Shown: positions 51,088 through 63,899, counted from the first letter of the whole stretch. The stretch: DNA of 63,899 nt, filler included, from Perkinsus chesapeaki ATCC PRA-425 (GCA_013115145.1; 3 parts of 3 records of this genome joined end to end with filler, not necessarily neighbours in it), one strand, 5' to 3'. The notes: generated by a model not told the origin, from the sequence alone. Translations and numbers: made by a program.

Positions 51088-53517
51088 ATGGACCAACAAC
51101 CACCGGCCATCGAGTAGTCAGCTCGAGCAGTGCCAACAACCGTAATGTGCAATTTCTCAGGACACCGGTAGCAACACCCGAGACCCCAGCAGCGGACCCT
51201 TCCATGCAGCCGACGTCAGAGGCAGAGCCATCGACGGAGGCCTCGCCTGCTGAGCCTAGCACGGAGGCTTCGCTGGCAGGAGATGCTCCGGCAGCCACCA
51301 CACAACCGGCTGTCTCCTCTGAGCAAGCAGCCCCAGGTCAAGAGGCACCGCATAGTCAGGTAGGCTCATGAGCGGCTTGGTGTTGGATTGTCTTGTGATG
51401 GTAGGCCACACCTCAACCGCCAGCCGAGGCTCCCCAGCGGTCTACCGGCGGCTTTGACGCTCCTCCTTCTCGTCCGCAGCAGGGGTTCTCGTCAGGGCCT
51501 GGTCAAACCGGTCTAGGATCCCAGAGCTCTCCTATGCCACCGCCTGCTACACCGTCATATAGTGGACCACCTAAGCGAGGAGATGATACGAAAAAGGTAA
51601 GGAGGGCGATAGATATGGGTTTAATAACATTCATGTATGGTATTGTATTATATAAAATAATTGTTCTTTTTTATTGGTGGCGGCCTGGCCCAAGCGGTAG
51701 TGTAAAAATCCCCTATTTTCGACAAGTATTTTTATATAATGGCGTTATCACGCGGATGCGCACACTACTATATCAAGTCACTATTATTATTGATTGCTAA
51801 CTAATATTTTACTTTCTAAATGTACTGGTATAGTTCAAGCTAGATTGATATCTCATTGTAATGATGCAGGTTTTCATCGGTGGGCTGCCGAGAGATGCCG
51901 ACAAGGCAGCTATTGACGAGTACTTCAGCCAGTTCGGCACCGTCGTCGACTCGGTCGTTATGATGGATCGTATGACGGGTCGAAGCCGAGGCTTTGGTTT
52001 TGCTACCTTCGACACCAAGGAGCAGATGCTGGTGGGCCAAGACGGCGGTGTGGTCTCTGTGGTCGATTACCTTCCTTAGAACTGCGTGGCCTCGGCGCCC
52101 CACAGTATATTGGGCAAGTCTGTGGAGGTCCGACGGTCCCTCAATGAGGACGGTACGTCGACGGCTAAGGAGAGACGATCAACTGGGAAGGGGAGCAGTG
52201 TTGGCAGTCCTCTTCCCCCTCGGGGTTACGATGACTACAACAGCGCTGGGTAGGCTGGAGGTCCGAGCGGTATGGAGAGTGGTGGTTCTTCAGGAAGGGT
52301 AAGGGCGGTCATCGGGACCAGAACCCTAATAAGCTTTTCGTTGGAGGTCTACCGAGAGAAGTTACGAGTGGTAGGTTGGTGGCTGCTGTTTTTTGATGCA
52401 GGGTAGGATACTGTGAGTGGTGAATCTCCTTAGATGCTCTTCGGGATTTCTTCAGCCAATATGGCAACCTTGTAGACTGCGCTGTGATGTAAGATACTGG
52501 GCGCTTATTGGTGTGACTCACTCTTGCTGAGGGTGTAATTGCCATCTCTAGAGACCAGCAATTTTTATTGGGCAAAAGCGATGTTGTCAAAGCTAGCGAA
52601 CATCCCGGGCAAGAGGCTCGTACGTCGTTATTCATTTGAATCTGAAAAGCGGTTTCCAAAAGCAGAAATGTTTGAAAGTCTCTCTCGCTTTGATTGCTAA
52701 ATCAACTGGCTTGGTGGGCTGAGATATGCGGTGACGAAGCGGGAACTGAGTGGTTAGTCTATACGGCTAATGAGTACTGCTTTTTAGCACTGACAGGATG
52801 ACCGGTCATTCGCGAGGCTTCGGCTACATCACTTACGAGGATCTATCGTCCGCCGAGGCCGCTATAAACAACTCCTCCAATAACGTTATCGAAGGCAAAT
52901 GGGTAGTGCTGGGGGTCCGGAGAGATGGTTGAGTTATTGCTTGCAGGTTGATGTGAAGCACACCACTCGAGAAGCTCCTCGACGATCATATGGTGGGGGA
53001 TATAATGAGTACGAAAACTCTGGCGGAAGCGGCGGTGGTCCAGTGTATAACGATTACGGCAGGCAGCGGGGCCCTGATGAGTGAGGGGCTGTCAGTGTGG
53101 GTCTAATAGTGGTATTGTGGGCTTTATCAGTTACCAAGCTACAATGCAGGCTAGTAGAGCTGCCTCTAACGCTTATTTCCAGCAACAGCAACGAGGGCAG
53201 CCTCCTATGGGAATGTACGGCCAACAGCCACCTCAGTATGGGATGCCTCCTCCTCAACAACAAGGGTAAGTCGGTCTGAGATGGGGAGTGACTGTTACTG
53301 ATGCTCCAGGTACGGTATGCAACAGGGTGGGGGCTATGGCGGTAAGGGAGGGGGATACCAGCGAGGAGGAAGGCCACCGATGGGAGGATGTAATGTGGTG
53401 AATGATTGTGCTGTTGGTTGCTGCTATGGTGATGTTATTTTATTAGATAACGCTCCACCACCACCTCGCTATGGTGGCCAGTACGGTGGTGGCCCTTCCA
53501 GAGCCAGCCCATATTAA
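51088..53517 (+). CDS. Double-RRM hnRNP A/DAZAP1/Musashi-like RNA-binding protein 1
   Basis: VFIGGLP..RSRGFGFATF and KLFVGGLP..HSRGFGYITY. G/Y/Q-rich tail ending RASPY*. Confidence 0.9.
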
Positions 53518-53800
53518 GCTGCCGGCTGTGAAGTCACGTAAACTAGAATGCAGCCTCCGAGGCTGATGGCGACCGGAGGCGTTCACTACTGTCTGGAGCT
53601 TCTGTATCCGACGGCTCCCCTGCTACCTTTTCTCCAGCTTCTCTCTTACGAATAGTTATTGGGAAGAGGAGGCCAAGTCTGAGCTGGTTGCGTTGGGGGT
53701 GTGTCGGGGCTGCTATTGAAGCACCATCTCTTTAAATAGTCTACATTGCCTTTGTGTCCCATTCTGTCCCTTTTTTAAGTTGCCTCCTATTCTAGTGAAT

Positions 53801-55253
53801 ATGAACGGTACTTCTGCCCCTGGTGGTTCCAACAGTGCTAGTGGAGGAGGAGGAAGGCCGAGAGACGGCGAAGGCCGGAAGGTGCGTCATCACTGCTGGC
53901 TTCGCTCCGCTAGAACTTTGTTAGTTGTTCGTCGGAGGGTTGCCTGGCACATGCGAGAAGCAACACATGGAGAGCTATTTTGGTCAGTTTGGGCAAGTTG
54001 ATGATGCCTGTGTGATGTTCGATCGGAACACGGGCCGCTCGAGAGGCTTTGGCTTCGTGGTGTACAACCAGCTCACTGATATGGAGGTAAGGAGGGAGAG
54101 GTAAGGGGGGGGGCGCTATTCTGACGAGGTTGCTCTCAGACGTGCCTCGCGAGTGGACCACACGTTATTCTTGATAAGAGCGTGGACGTTAAACGGGCGT
54201 CAATTGACCCGCCTCCAGGCAGTGGTGGCAAAGGTAATATAAGACTGGTAGGGGATATACGATGACACCTGAAGTTTCAGGTGGCAAGGGATTTTCGGGC
54301 AAGGGTAAAGGCGATAGGAGGGATGATTACGGGTAGTAGTGGCGGTGTTAGCCTTGCCTGCTAGTGGCATCTCTAGAATGGATGGTGGCCGAGGTTCGAG
54401 AGAGGGCGATAATCCTTGTAAGGTGTTCGTAGGGGGGCTCCCGAACAGCTGTGATCAAGGTGATAGCGGCTGCTGCTCTCGGTGGCCTTGGAATTCTGTG
54501 GCTTCCTTCAGCTCGACTTTCGGAGCATTTTTCCCGATATGGTGCGATCGACGAGGCTATTGTGATGTACGAGAAGGACACTGGACGCCACAGAGGGTTC
54601 GGATACGTCATATTCTCCTCGCCTGCTGATGCTGACAAGGCTATAGCAAGTCGAGACAGTAATAAAATCGATGACAGATGGGTAATTTTGTGGCGCGGTG
54701 ACGATGGTTTTCTTGTACCTTCTCTTGTAGGTTGAAGTAAAGCATGCTCGTCGGGAGGCTCCGCGTGGCAAGGGAAAGGGCCGCCCTATGGGGTAGGGTA
54801 ACGAGTACTTCGACAAGGTTTCATATCCATCAGATACGGTAGTGGAGGACCCTCGAGTGGTGGGGGATATGCTCAAAGGCCACCACCACCATCCTATCAA
54901 TCTGGAGGAGGGTATAATAGGCAGCAGCAACAATATGGCCAGTAAGAGATAGGTAGCGCTGATGGTGTTTAGTGGATTCTTCTTCTTTCAGACCCCCGAT
55001 GTACAGTGGCCCTCCCAGTGGTGGTGGATACCATCACCAACAACCAATGATGCAGCAGCAACCAGCTCCGCCTCCCGGCCAGTATGGTGGCTACGGTACT
55101 TCACCGTATGGTGCCAGACAAGGCGGTGGTGGTGGGGGTTATGGAGGCCCACCACAGCCAGCACCGTATGGTGGCGGATATGGACAAGCTCCTCCTCCTC
55201 GGCAGGCATACGGCCAACAGCCTGGGCCGGGGTATAGGGCAAGTCCCTATTAG
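53801..55253 (+). CDS. Double-RRM hnRNP-like RNA-binding protein 2
   Basis: LFVGGLP..RSRGFGFVVY and NPCKVFVGGLP..RHRGFGYVIF. G/Y/Q/P tail ending YRASPY*. Confidence 0.9.
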
Positions 55254-56430
55254 ATGTACAATATGATGGTAAGTAAATTATCCTCTTGCGGCGCAGAGAA
55301 TCTCAACGGGTGATTGCGCGCTGCTGCTGTGGTTGTTGGTGGGATTCCCTTACTGTTTTAGGGTGTAGAAGTTATCGTCCTCGGTAGTATGACATATATT
55401 AAGACCACTAGTCGATTAGTCATGACGGTGATGGTGGTGGGTAATGCCCAATCACAGTGTGACAAAGCGGCGTCCTAGTCTATTGCTTGATGATGCTGCT
55501 GTTACCGCGATGGTGGTGATTGTTGTACCCGTTTGCACTGCTCTCATCAGTGCGGGGGCTATTTTGAGTAGTACAGTAATATAGGATTAGTGTTTAGTAA
55601 AGAGAAGTTTATTAATGTCAAGAGGGATGGATGATAGAGGTTAAGAGGGTTAAATCTTATTAAATCTTGCAATCTTGGGATTTCTCAACGCTTATGTCCT
55701 AGTAGCCTATTATTAGTATGCTATTACTACCCTATTATTATCGGCTCTATGAGATAGTTATGGCATGATGACACAGTAGTCGGCTAGTAGCCGAATGAGG
55801 ATCGTCATTGCTGCTGTAGGGAGTAAGGCATCCGTTTCGCTAGCGCCGCGCGGTCTCGAGCACGGCCTCGCTAACAACCTTCTGTCTAGCTCCCAGTGCC
55901 CCTATGTCAGGTTCCTGTCGTTCCTGGTCTGTTCAAGCCTACTCTTCTCAAGCCATGGTAAGTTGTGTACTAGATATGTGTGTTTTATATGGACTTTTGT
56001 CCTTCGCTGAATAAGCAATGTCTGTAGTGTTTAAGTGCTTCAATTTGTGTGTTGTTATTGTCCTCCTCCTATTTCAGCTTGATTGCGCTCAGCCGTCTCG
56101 GCTTCCTTCCTAGGTTAGTCCAGTCCTAGCCAATCTCGTAGCACGTATCGCTATCAGCATCAGCAGAAACAGCAGCAGCAGCAGCAGTAATTTGTATATC
56201 AGCTTCCTTCTTATCATCGTCGTATAACTTGTATTACTATCGATTGACAATATAATGGCAACTCCTAGAAATGAGTAAGTCACTGTTACCGAATGCCGCC
56301 CGCATAGTATGGGTCTTGTTTCGTCAGTTACACACCACCAACCCCCGAGCTGGCTACCTCTCGCTTGTCGAAGGGCTCCCAACCCTACTACTCTACCACG
56401 GGCACCAGTACAGCCGCCAACACACCTGAA

Positions 56431-58878
56431 ATGTCCTCAACGAGCTCGAGAGTTACGCCATTGGCCGCCGCCGCTGGTGGAGTCGGCAATGGTATGATGG
56501 GTAACATCGCCACAACAGCAGCGGCTCCCGGGATATCGAGCATCCCTGAATTTGGAACTACTGTGGGGGGCGGTGGGCACCACACTGCGGCAGCAGCCTT
56601 GATGCAGCAGCAGCAACGTCATCAACAGCGCCACCAGGCAATGGCGATGCAGCAGGCTGTAGCCGTGGCAGCATCACGTAAGGGGTGAACTCTGCTGCCG
56701 ATTGGTTGATGTTTGCCGCCGCTGAACTCTGGTTTTTTTATCGGTTTGTTGTTTCTATAGGATTGTTTCCTTCGTAAAGTTACTTTTGACCTGAAATGTT
56801 TTATATGACGGTATAGGTGATTCTATCTTAGCGCAGTAAGAAGTTTGTAACGGTTTTTCGATTGGATACTGCCAATATGTTCAAGCGTGCACTTTACTCA
56901 ATCGCAAGATACCCTGTATTATATCATATAGTGCACTCTTTGCATAATTTGTAGTATCGATATAATTGGTACCATATTTGAATAATGCTTGGTATTTATC
57001 CTTCGAGACTACCACACTATACAGATGTGTGCTGTTCAGTTGGTGGTGGCAGTGGCAAACAGTTGCAGCCCCAAGATCTAAGTGTCTTGGCCCAACAAGC
57101 TGCTGGTATGCAGAGCTTCATGGTTGGCATGAGAGACTATGCCCACGCTGATCATATGGGCCGTCCTATGATGTCGAATGGTAGCAGCGCCTTGAATCCT
57201 AACGTCACCGAGAGAAAGGTGATATCCTCATCACTCCGTTTGCTGGCATCACTGCCGTTTAGCTCTTCATTGGTGGCCTGCCGAGTCTCGTGGACAGGCA
57301 GACTTTGTGGAATTATTTTAGCCAGTTTGGTCAGCTGGAGGAGGCTGTTGTGATGATGGACAAGCTAACTGGTCGAAGCAGAGGCTTTGGATTTATTACT
57401 TTTGTTAATGTTAAAGACTTGGAGGTGAGTCTGTGTCATCTGTCCCCCCCCAAATCCGAGAGCTTTCAGTCGTGTCTGTCCTACCCCAATGCCCATGTGT
57501 TATTGGACAAGACGGTCGATGTTAAGCGAGCCATCTCCCAGGAGGAGATTCGCGCCCAAACAGCTCTCCAGGCTCAGCCCAGCAGCGGTCTCACTGGCGG
57601 CCCTGGTGGCTCAGGCCTGGGTATGATGCACCATATGATTGCTGGCACTACCGCTCCTGCTCAAAGCTCTATGGGAGGCTTTGGTGGCCTCGGGGCCGGC
57701 GGCGTTACAAGCAGTGGGTTGCCGCCTCAAGAGAACCCTTGTAAAGTTTTCTGTGGAGGGCTGCCCGCTACAGTGGACCGAGGTGGGAGGCTTCGATGAC
57801 GTGCACGGGGACGGGAAATGACTTTCTCTTCAGAACGTCTGCGGCAACATTTCTCTCGATACGGAGTCATCACCGATTGCATCGTCAAGTAGCGTTGATG
57901 TTTTCAGCCGTCGAATAGGATTTGCCGATCAGGGTGGATCGGACCAGTGGAAGATCTCGTGGGTTCGGCTATGTTACCTTCCAGACTCCAGCAGAGGCCC
58001 AAGCGGCGATACAAGGTGGTGTGGATGGTCAAGGGAACACTATTGATGGCAAATGGGTGGGCATATTGGCGGGCGGATGCGGTCAGAGAAACTTGCTGTA
58101 GGTTGAAGTCAAGCCGTCCACTCGAGAGGGCACTGGGCCGAGCAAGTACCTTCAGGGAGGCATTGCCAGATACCCAACAGGAGGCAGCGCTCGAGGTGAG
58201 CAACATCCTTCTCGCCCGTCTTGAGATGATGGCCCTCAGATGCTGGTTGGGCTATGGCAGGCGCCACTGCAGCGGCAGCACCTCCGCCGCACCACTACAT
58301 GGCGAGCCCTCAGCCTCCGCACTATGTAGCTGGATACGGTATGCAACAGCAGCAGCAGCAAACACCACACCACCAGCCGTCTAACGCAGGGTAATGGGAA
58401 TTTGAGCGCATGTCGGTGATGCCGGGGTAGGTATGGCTCGGGGAGTGGCAATGGTGCCACACCGAATACTTATAGTAGTGGCAGTCCTCAACAGAACAAC
58501 GGGTATGTAGAATGTGAAGGAAGTGTGGTAGATATTAATTATTAGGTACGGTGGAGTGATGTCACCGGCCCACGGCTATCACCATATGTTCCAGCAACAA
58601 CAGCAGCATCAGCAGAGGGCAGCAGCTGTCTATCATCATCACCAGCAGAACCCAGCACCTCAGCTGTACACACCACAAGCCGGTGGTGAGTCCTTGCTCT
58701 CTACGCCCGCCTCGATGTAGTCCTGACCCTATCAGGCTTCTCCGGTGCAGATTCCATGCCGGGTGGGCACAATAGCAGTGATCTTAATTCGAGCGGTAGG
58801 GCGGAAGTGGGGCAAGCATTGGAGGTTACGTCGTCATCAGGTGCTGATGGCTGCAGCAACAGCAGTCCGCTGCACTAG
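56431..58878 (+). CDS. Double-RRM hnRNP-like RNA-binding protein 3 (ends approximate)
   Basis: MDRQTLWNYFSQFG..RSRGFGFITF and NPCKVFCGGLP..GFGYVTF..IDGKWVEVK. Q/A/H-rich N- and C-terminal regions. Confidence 0.85.
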
Positions 58879-59557
58879 GAAAGCCGGCTTTGATTGCCCT
58901 TTTATCCACGGAATGGTTTCTTCTGTTGGCTTCCCTTTTACCCGCAATATTGAATTTGCGGCATGTACCTTCTCATCTACAACCACCGCCGCCGTCGTCT
59001 CCTGCAGGAGCTATAATTTCTGTTCTATTTCTTATAGTTCTATCCTCCCCTTCGCTCTCGTTACACTTCTCACCATCGGTCACGCTGGTCGACGATCTCT
59101 GTTATTACGATTTACACTAGGACCATCTCGCCTGCACTATGAAGGTCTAGATGATTTTTTGCCGAGTAGTTGTTAGTATTGAAATTTGATGATCGTAGAG
59201 AGTACGGTAGAAGCTTAGCGCCTTAGTAGTGGCAGTAGTAGTACTGTGTTACTTTTTATATTTACCTGTGTTAGCAGCAAAAGCCTCCCCCCTATTGGGC
59301 ACTGCGGAAGGCAATGATGCCAAAGAGTATTTCACGGTAAAGACTAATAATAATTATCTCTATAGTGGTTTCTATAATATGCGATGTTATTGCGTCTGTG
59401 AGGTGACATGGCAATTTGGCGGCAGCAGTTTGTATTACCAAAGTCCCTCTTCACAGTGGGCTCCACCTTATCCACCTTTATTCCTTCCCTGTTCTCTCGT
59501 GCGAGTGCATTCTGGTCTGCTCTTTTCGACTATTATAAAGGCAACACTAGTAGAGTA

Positions 59558-60490
59558 ATGTCGTCATCATCATCAGCTACTTCGCCGCATGAAAAACTGG
59601 CCGCCGCCGCCGCCGCCGCTGCTGAAGGCGAATCGCCCTATAAGGCGGTGCCGGTCGGGGCTGCGAATGCCAGTAGCACTAGTGGCGAGGAGAGTGATAG
59701 TATGAGACGGTCCGATAGCAAATTGAGGAAATCGTTGAACGAGAAAGGGGATAAATCGTAAGCTGCAGGGATCCGTTTGGAACGGAAACTCTTGGGTTGT
59801 TTTAGATACTACTACGCGCATTCTCGAGACTTCTACGTCCCACCGGACGCTAAAGTGGTGAGTATTTCTGGGGTTAGGGTTGGTAATTTTATGGCGGAGT
59901 TCTCCAGGTTACTGGACCAGGTCTGATCACTGGCGGCACTCCTGAGCTTATTGCACGGTCGCCCTCTCCGGAGCCAGCAAACGTTGTTAAGAAGGTATGT
60001 GACGTCGCTCAAATTGATGTGAGACACGTTGCTTCCTTCAGCGTCCTGTGAAACAGTACAGCTGGTTTGATGATGAAGACAAGGTGAAGGTCTACACTGG
60101 TAGCAGCTGGTCTGGCGTGGCATAGGTCTATATCGATTTTCAGAGGACCCGCAGTTGCTGAAGGCGTTGGAGGACGACGCAGTGGAAGTCCATAGCAAAT
60201 TCACAAGCACTGGCTTCGACTTGTAATAGGAGGCTGGGGTGGGAGGGGTTTGTGGATTGTTGGTGTTTAGATGGGCGGATACCTCTGATGACTGGAGAGT
60301 TATTTTGTCGGTCCCTATGTTGAATGCCGAGATCGTTCCTGAGGAATGCAAGCATAGGGTTACTAGAGGGAAGCGGGTGTCGATCACGCTTAAGAAAAAG
60401 AACGTCCATAGGACCTGGTAGGACAGGGACGTAGTGGAGGGCAGCGGTGATGGTGTGGTCAGGTACAACCTGAAGAGTACCTCCGATTGA
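59558..60490 (+). CDS. CS (p23/SGT1-like) domain co-chaperone-type protein
   Basis: LRKSLNEKGDKSYYYAH..., then KFTSTGFDL, LSVPMLNAEIVPEECKHRVTRGKRVSITLKK and W|YNLK, typical of a C-terminal CS fold. Confidence 0.65.
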
Positions 60491-60725
60491 CCATCGGAGT
60501 TATGTCATTTAAGATAGTCGATTCTTGCAACTATTGAAACACCGTAAATATGATCATCATTCCGCTGATTGTTGGACACACTGTTATATTACCTTCGGTC
60601 GAGTTCATCTTCACCAATGGCCGAATACCCAGTACTGCTTCTGTGATGTGAAAAGCGTCTGGTTGTTACTTATACGATGAAAGGAAAGATGTCCTTGCAG
60701 TTTTTCAGACGGAGTGTTGAAAAGC

Positions 60726-61418
60726 ATGTCGAGCGATAGGCAGGGGAGTGCGCCGCGTACGGACTACCTGAAATGGGACGAGTAATATGCCAGGGTTTTG
60801 GTTTGTGCAGAGCTCGTCAGTGCTCAGCAATCTCTTGCTGTAGTTACTTCATGTCGGTCGCTTTCCTTACGGCCATGCGAAGCAAGGACAGAGAGAGTAG
60901 GGGTGGGGTCGTTATAGTGAACGACCAGAATAGGATAGTGGCTGTCGGGTAATGCTGTGTCGAGTGCAATGGTGGAGAGTTAGGCAGATATAATGGGATG
61001 CCAAGGGGCATATCGTACAGGGACCTGCCTTGGGCTGCACATAATGAGGATAAGGTGCAGGAAAAGTAGTGCCGGCTAGGTGGGAGAGGTCGTGGCTTCG
61101 AACCCAGGCAGATACATGTATATGTGCCATGCTACCATAAACGCCATTATGAACAAAAACCAGCACTCGGTGAGAGACTGTCGAATCTACTCGACCGCAT
61201 TCCCGTGCTGTGAATGCGCGAAATTCATCGTAATAATATGAAGATACGGTATGAGACGGAGGTAGACGGCGTCATAGTGTAGGTGCAAAGCGGGATCAGA
61301 AGGATAGCGTACGTTGCTGATGAACAAGAGAATGATGCGTTGGAGGATGTAATAGTGCAAGGGATCGGGTAGAGGATACATTGCTGGCCGCTCCATTTGC
61401 TCGCTAGTGGGATTGTGA
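60726..61418 (+). CDS. dCMP deaminase homologue with catalytic Glu replaced (HAT)
   Basis: DYLKWD|[28 protein letters not shown]|[34 protein letters not shown]|VQSGI. 3' end approximate. Confidence 0.85.
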
Positions 61419-61857
61419 AAAGACACTGTTGAGATATATAGACACTGTGGTCCATGTGTTTGGTGGCGAGAAGAAAATCGGGGAATTGTCAGGGCGTCGT
61501 TGTTGTCAACAACGAGTTGACATCGGCGGTGATCACCTACAGCTGCGGTGATTTCCGAAGCACACATTCTTGCACTGTTTTAGTGTTGGTAAGATTTTTC
61601 GTTTGTTCAGTCTCCTTCAATGGAAGCAGCTCGTATGATGTTTTCATTAGCAGGGATCTCCGTAGTCCCAATAAAGCTCAAACAAAGGGAACTTGTTGTA
61701 CATTTTAAAGGCCTCAATGAATTACCGTCTGCACCAGCAGCAGAATCGATCATCACCAACTCTACTGCCCCCAATTGATTCTACCGTCCCTTCACAGCGT
61801 AGAGTTAGTGACATATCAGTGCAGGCATGGAACGAATCCGAGTAGCATAGAGGGTTC

Positions 61858-62718
61858 ATGAGCTCGGATATCTTTCCTCCATGGTCTCCCTCTTTGGCGT
61901 TTGCCAGTCTCCGTCGTCGAATAATTAAGCTGTCCGGGGGAATGGATCCCTCAGCAGCGATCATGGATGCTGCTAGAAAGGCAGCCGGTGGCAGAAGGGA
62001 AACGACTGATTGCAGTGTGGCGGAGGCAGCCTTTATTAGCTCCTTGGACGCTATTGGACTCCTGGCAAGGTCGGAGATAAGATATCTCTGGGAAGTGATG
62101 AAACCACGGAGCACCGTAGATGAGTTCCGATTGTGCGTACTGGCGGAGTTCGGTACTCGAATTAACGAAATGGCGGCTCGTTTGAATGCTCGCGCGACTG
62201 ACTGGATTCATCAGTATGTTGGCGCGTATGGCAGCGGAATCACTCGGAATGATTTCCTTACAGCAGTCGACCTGCCGGAGGCAGAGCTGTGCTGATTGGA
62301 CCCAGTTTACGGCGTAGCACAGTGTGTGAGAGCGATGAACCCTGCTATGGCAGCCGGCCTTAAGGGTGCAGACATCGACCGAGCCCTGCCATCCTCCTTG
62401 TCGCTGGAGTCTGCTTCGCAGTTCTCTAAGGATGGTGTGGCGTACATGCTAGTAATCACTTCGCTAGATGACGCTGATGCAGTCTGGCGGCTCTGCTCGG
62501 CTGAGGTAGCCGGCGGAGGGCCTCTAGTAGGGACGTTGCGTCGATGGTCGAGGGGAGAACTTCCTGGCCAAGTTTTAGCTGCTGCATTTGGGTTGCTGGC
62601 CGCAAAGCCAGACATGGCAGTCAGGGTTATACATCCTCGGGAACAATTGGTCATTGTTCCTATGTTCCATGTTCCCGGGAATGTTCCCGGGAACAATATG
62701 GGAACAAACAAAATGGGA
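61858..62718 (+). CDS. Hypothetical protein, 3'-truncated by the gap
   Basis: Two same-frame ORFs (61858-62295, 62296-gap) separated only by a TGA. No family recognised. Confidence 0.4.
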
Positions 62719-62818
62719 NNNNNNNNNNNNNNNNNNNNNNNNNNNNNNNNNNNNNNNNNNNNTTAATTAATTAANNNNNNNNNNNNNNNNNNNNNNNNNN
62801 NNNNNNNNNNNNNNNNNN
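62719..62818. other. Assembly gap / contig linker
   Basis: N run with TTAATTAATTAA at 62763-62774. Confidence 0.95.
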
Positions 62819-63899
62819 CAATTATTGTGTGATGAGATATCATCTTTTGGGACAATCTCTGAAATTGTTGTGGTAGAAGTCCATTAATACTGAAGGTTCC
62901 AGTGCCTTACGCGATCATCTTCGTATTCGTGTGAAGAATGCTGATATTGAAGATATTACTGATTTTCGGGTAAAATCGAGCCACTGACTAACGTGAACGA
63001 AGTGGTCCCACACAATGATCGAAAAAATGTAAATGATATAAAATCCCAACGAACACGGGAGTGCGGGAGGAAACCACAAACCTGAAGCCCGAACACCCTA
63101 AAGGTTGAGGAATATTTCGGGTTTCGGTTTGGGTATCCATGTCAATACAGTGCAAGACTCGAGACACGTTAAGGGTCAGTAGTATCCTTAACATACCAAG
63201 GCACCGGTAGAGCGCCTCAGATTCGATGTACCACCGTTTAATCAAACGAGCGACATCCTTGGATATAGACCTAAAAGCCTTACAGGAGAGCCGGTATGCC
63301 ACCTTTGTCGCCCAACATCAGGCCGTCAATGTGAACCTGCGATAGAAGTGGCAAATTCAATCCTCTTACAACGGAACATTTGGTTACTTTTACCGACAAC
63401 GTAACGTGGTCCACGTTTCCCATGGAGGCTCCATGCTGGAGTGGGTGATGTCTGGCGTCGTTGTACTGTATTTCGAGTTAATATAGACTTTCGTTTTGAG
63501 TGTCGCGGCAAAATTATAGCACCTGAGGACCAGTGGGACCTGCAGGTGAGGAATTCATTTCGATAAAGTGTAGGTGTCTGGATTCTGAATACGAAGATCT
63601 GTGAGATCGTGCCCCGCCTGGCGCCAGTAAACGAAGTCCGGCTCCGCCGGACACAACGGAGCCGCTCCGGTGACGCGGATGAAATGCACCGGGAAGTTTT
63701 GAACTCTGGCAATGCATTTTATGTGAGAAGTGTTTCCCCATTAAGTAGACATAACTCAAAGCATACCCAAGGTTTTTGTGAACAATAAGCCGGGATTCTG
63801 AACCGAGTAGCAGGAATACGTCTATGCCAGGTAAGTCGAGTCGTGACGACTCAGTCGTCAGGAAGACATCCTCTCTGTCCGTTCCCCATTGTTCACGTC

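Noticed and set aside
52490-52788. Intronic C/D box snoRNA in the long RRM intron
   Set aside because: Only a degenerate GTGACGA and nearby CTGA with implausible spacing; no terminal stem or recognisable rRNA guide.
62819-63899. ORFs in the last contig fragment
   Set aside because: Short, mutually overlapping and motif-free; no assignment supportable.

Overview
Intron-rich, gene-dense eukaryotic DNA, most likely the alveolate parasite Perkinsus. This is inferred from the ~40-50 bp GT-AG introns, an intronless pepsin-type aspartic protease and the gene content. The window is three contigs joined by N-TTAATTAATTAA-N linkers (31008-31107, 62719-62818). Contig 1 (1-31007) is dominated by a ~19 kb inverted-duplication structure. 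Two AT-rich ~3.8 kb arms (~4349-8160 and ~19090-23029) each carry an intact intronless 490-aa secreted glycosyltransferase-like gene followed by a multi-exon METTL21-family methyltransferase. The arms point inward around an ~11 kb spacer. The spacer holds an intron-containing DD37E (TRT-like) Tc1 element with IR/DR-type TIRs, an aspartic protease, an ankyrin protein, a MOK-like kinase and a 54-aa secreted six-cysteine peptide missed by the ORF track. A TMEM222-like gene, coiled-coil/unknown genes and an SFT2-like gene flank the structure. Contig 2 (31108-62718) is a compact housekeeping block: Apd1/Aim32-like ferredoxin, cyclin, ALG8, mitochondrial-type uL1, a protease-less FtsH-like AAA ATPase, a P4-ATPase flippase, a Cid1-like TUTase/poly(A) polymerase, a C-type lectin, three tandem double-RRM hnRNP-like genes, a CS-domain protein and a dCMP-deaminase homologue whose catalytic HAE reads HAT. 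Contig 3 (62819-63899) is unassigned. Exon structures were read by eye, so gene ends are approximate where stated.
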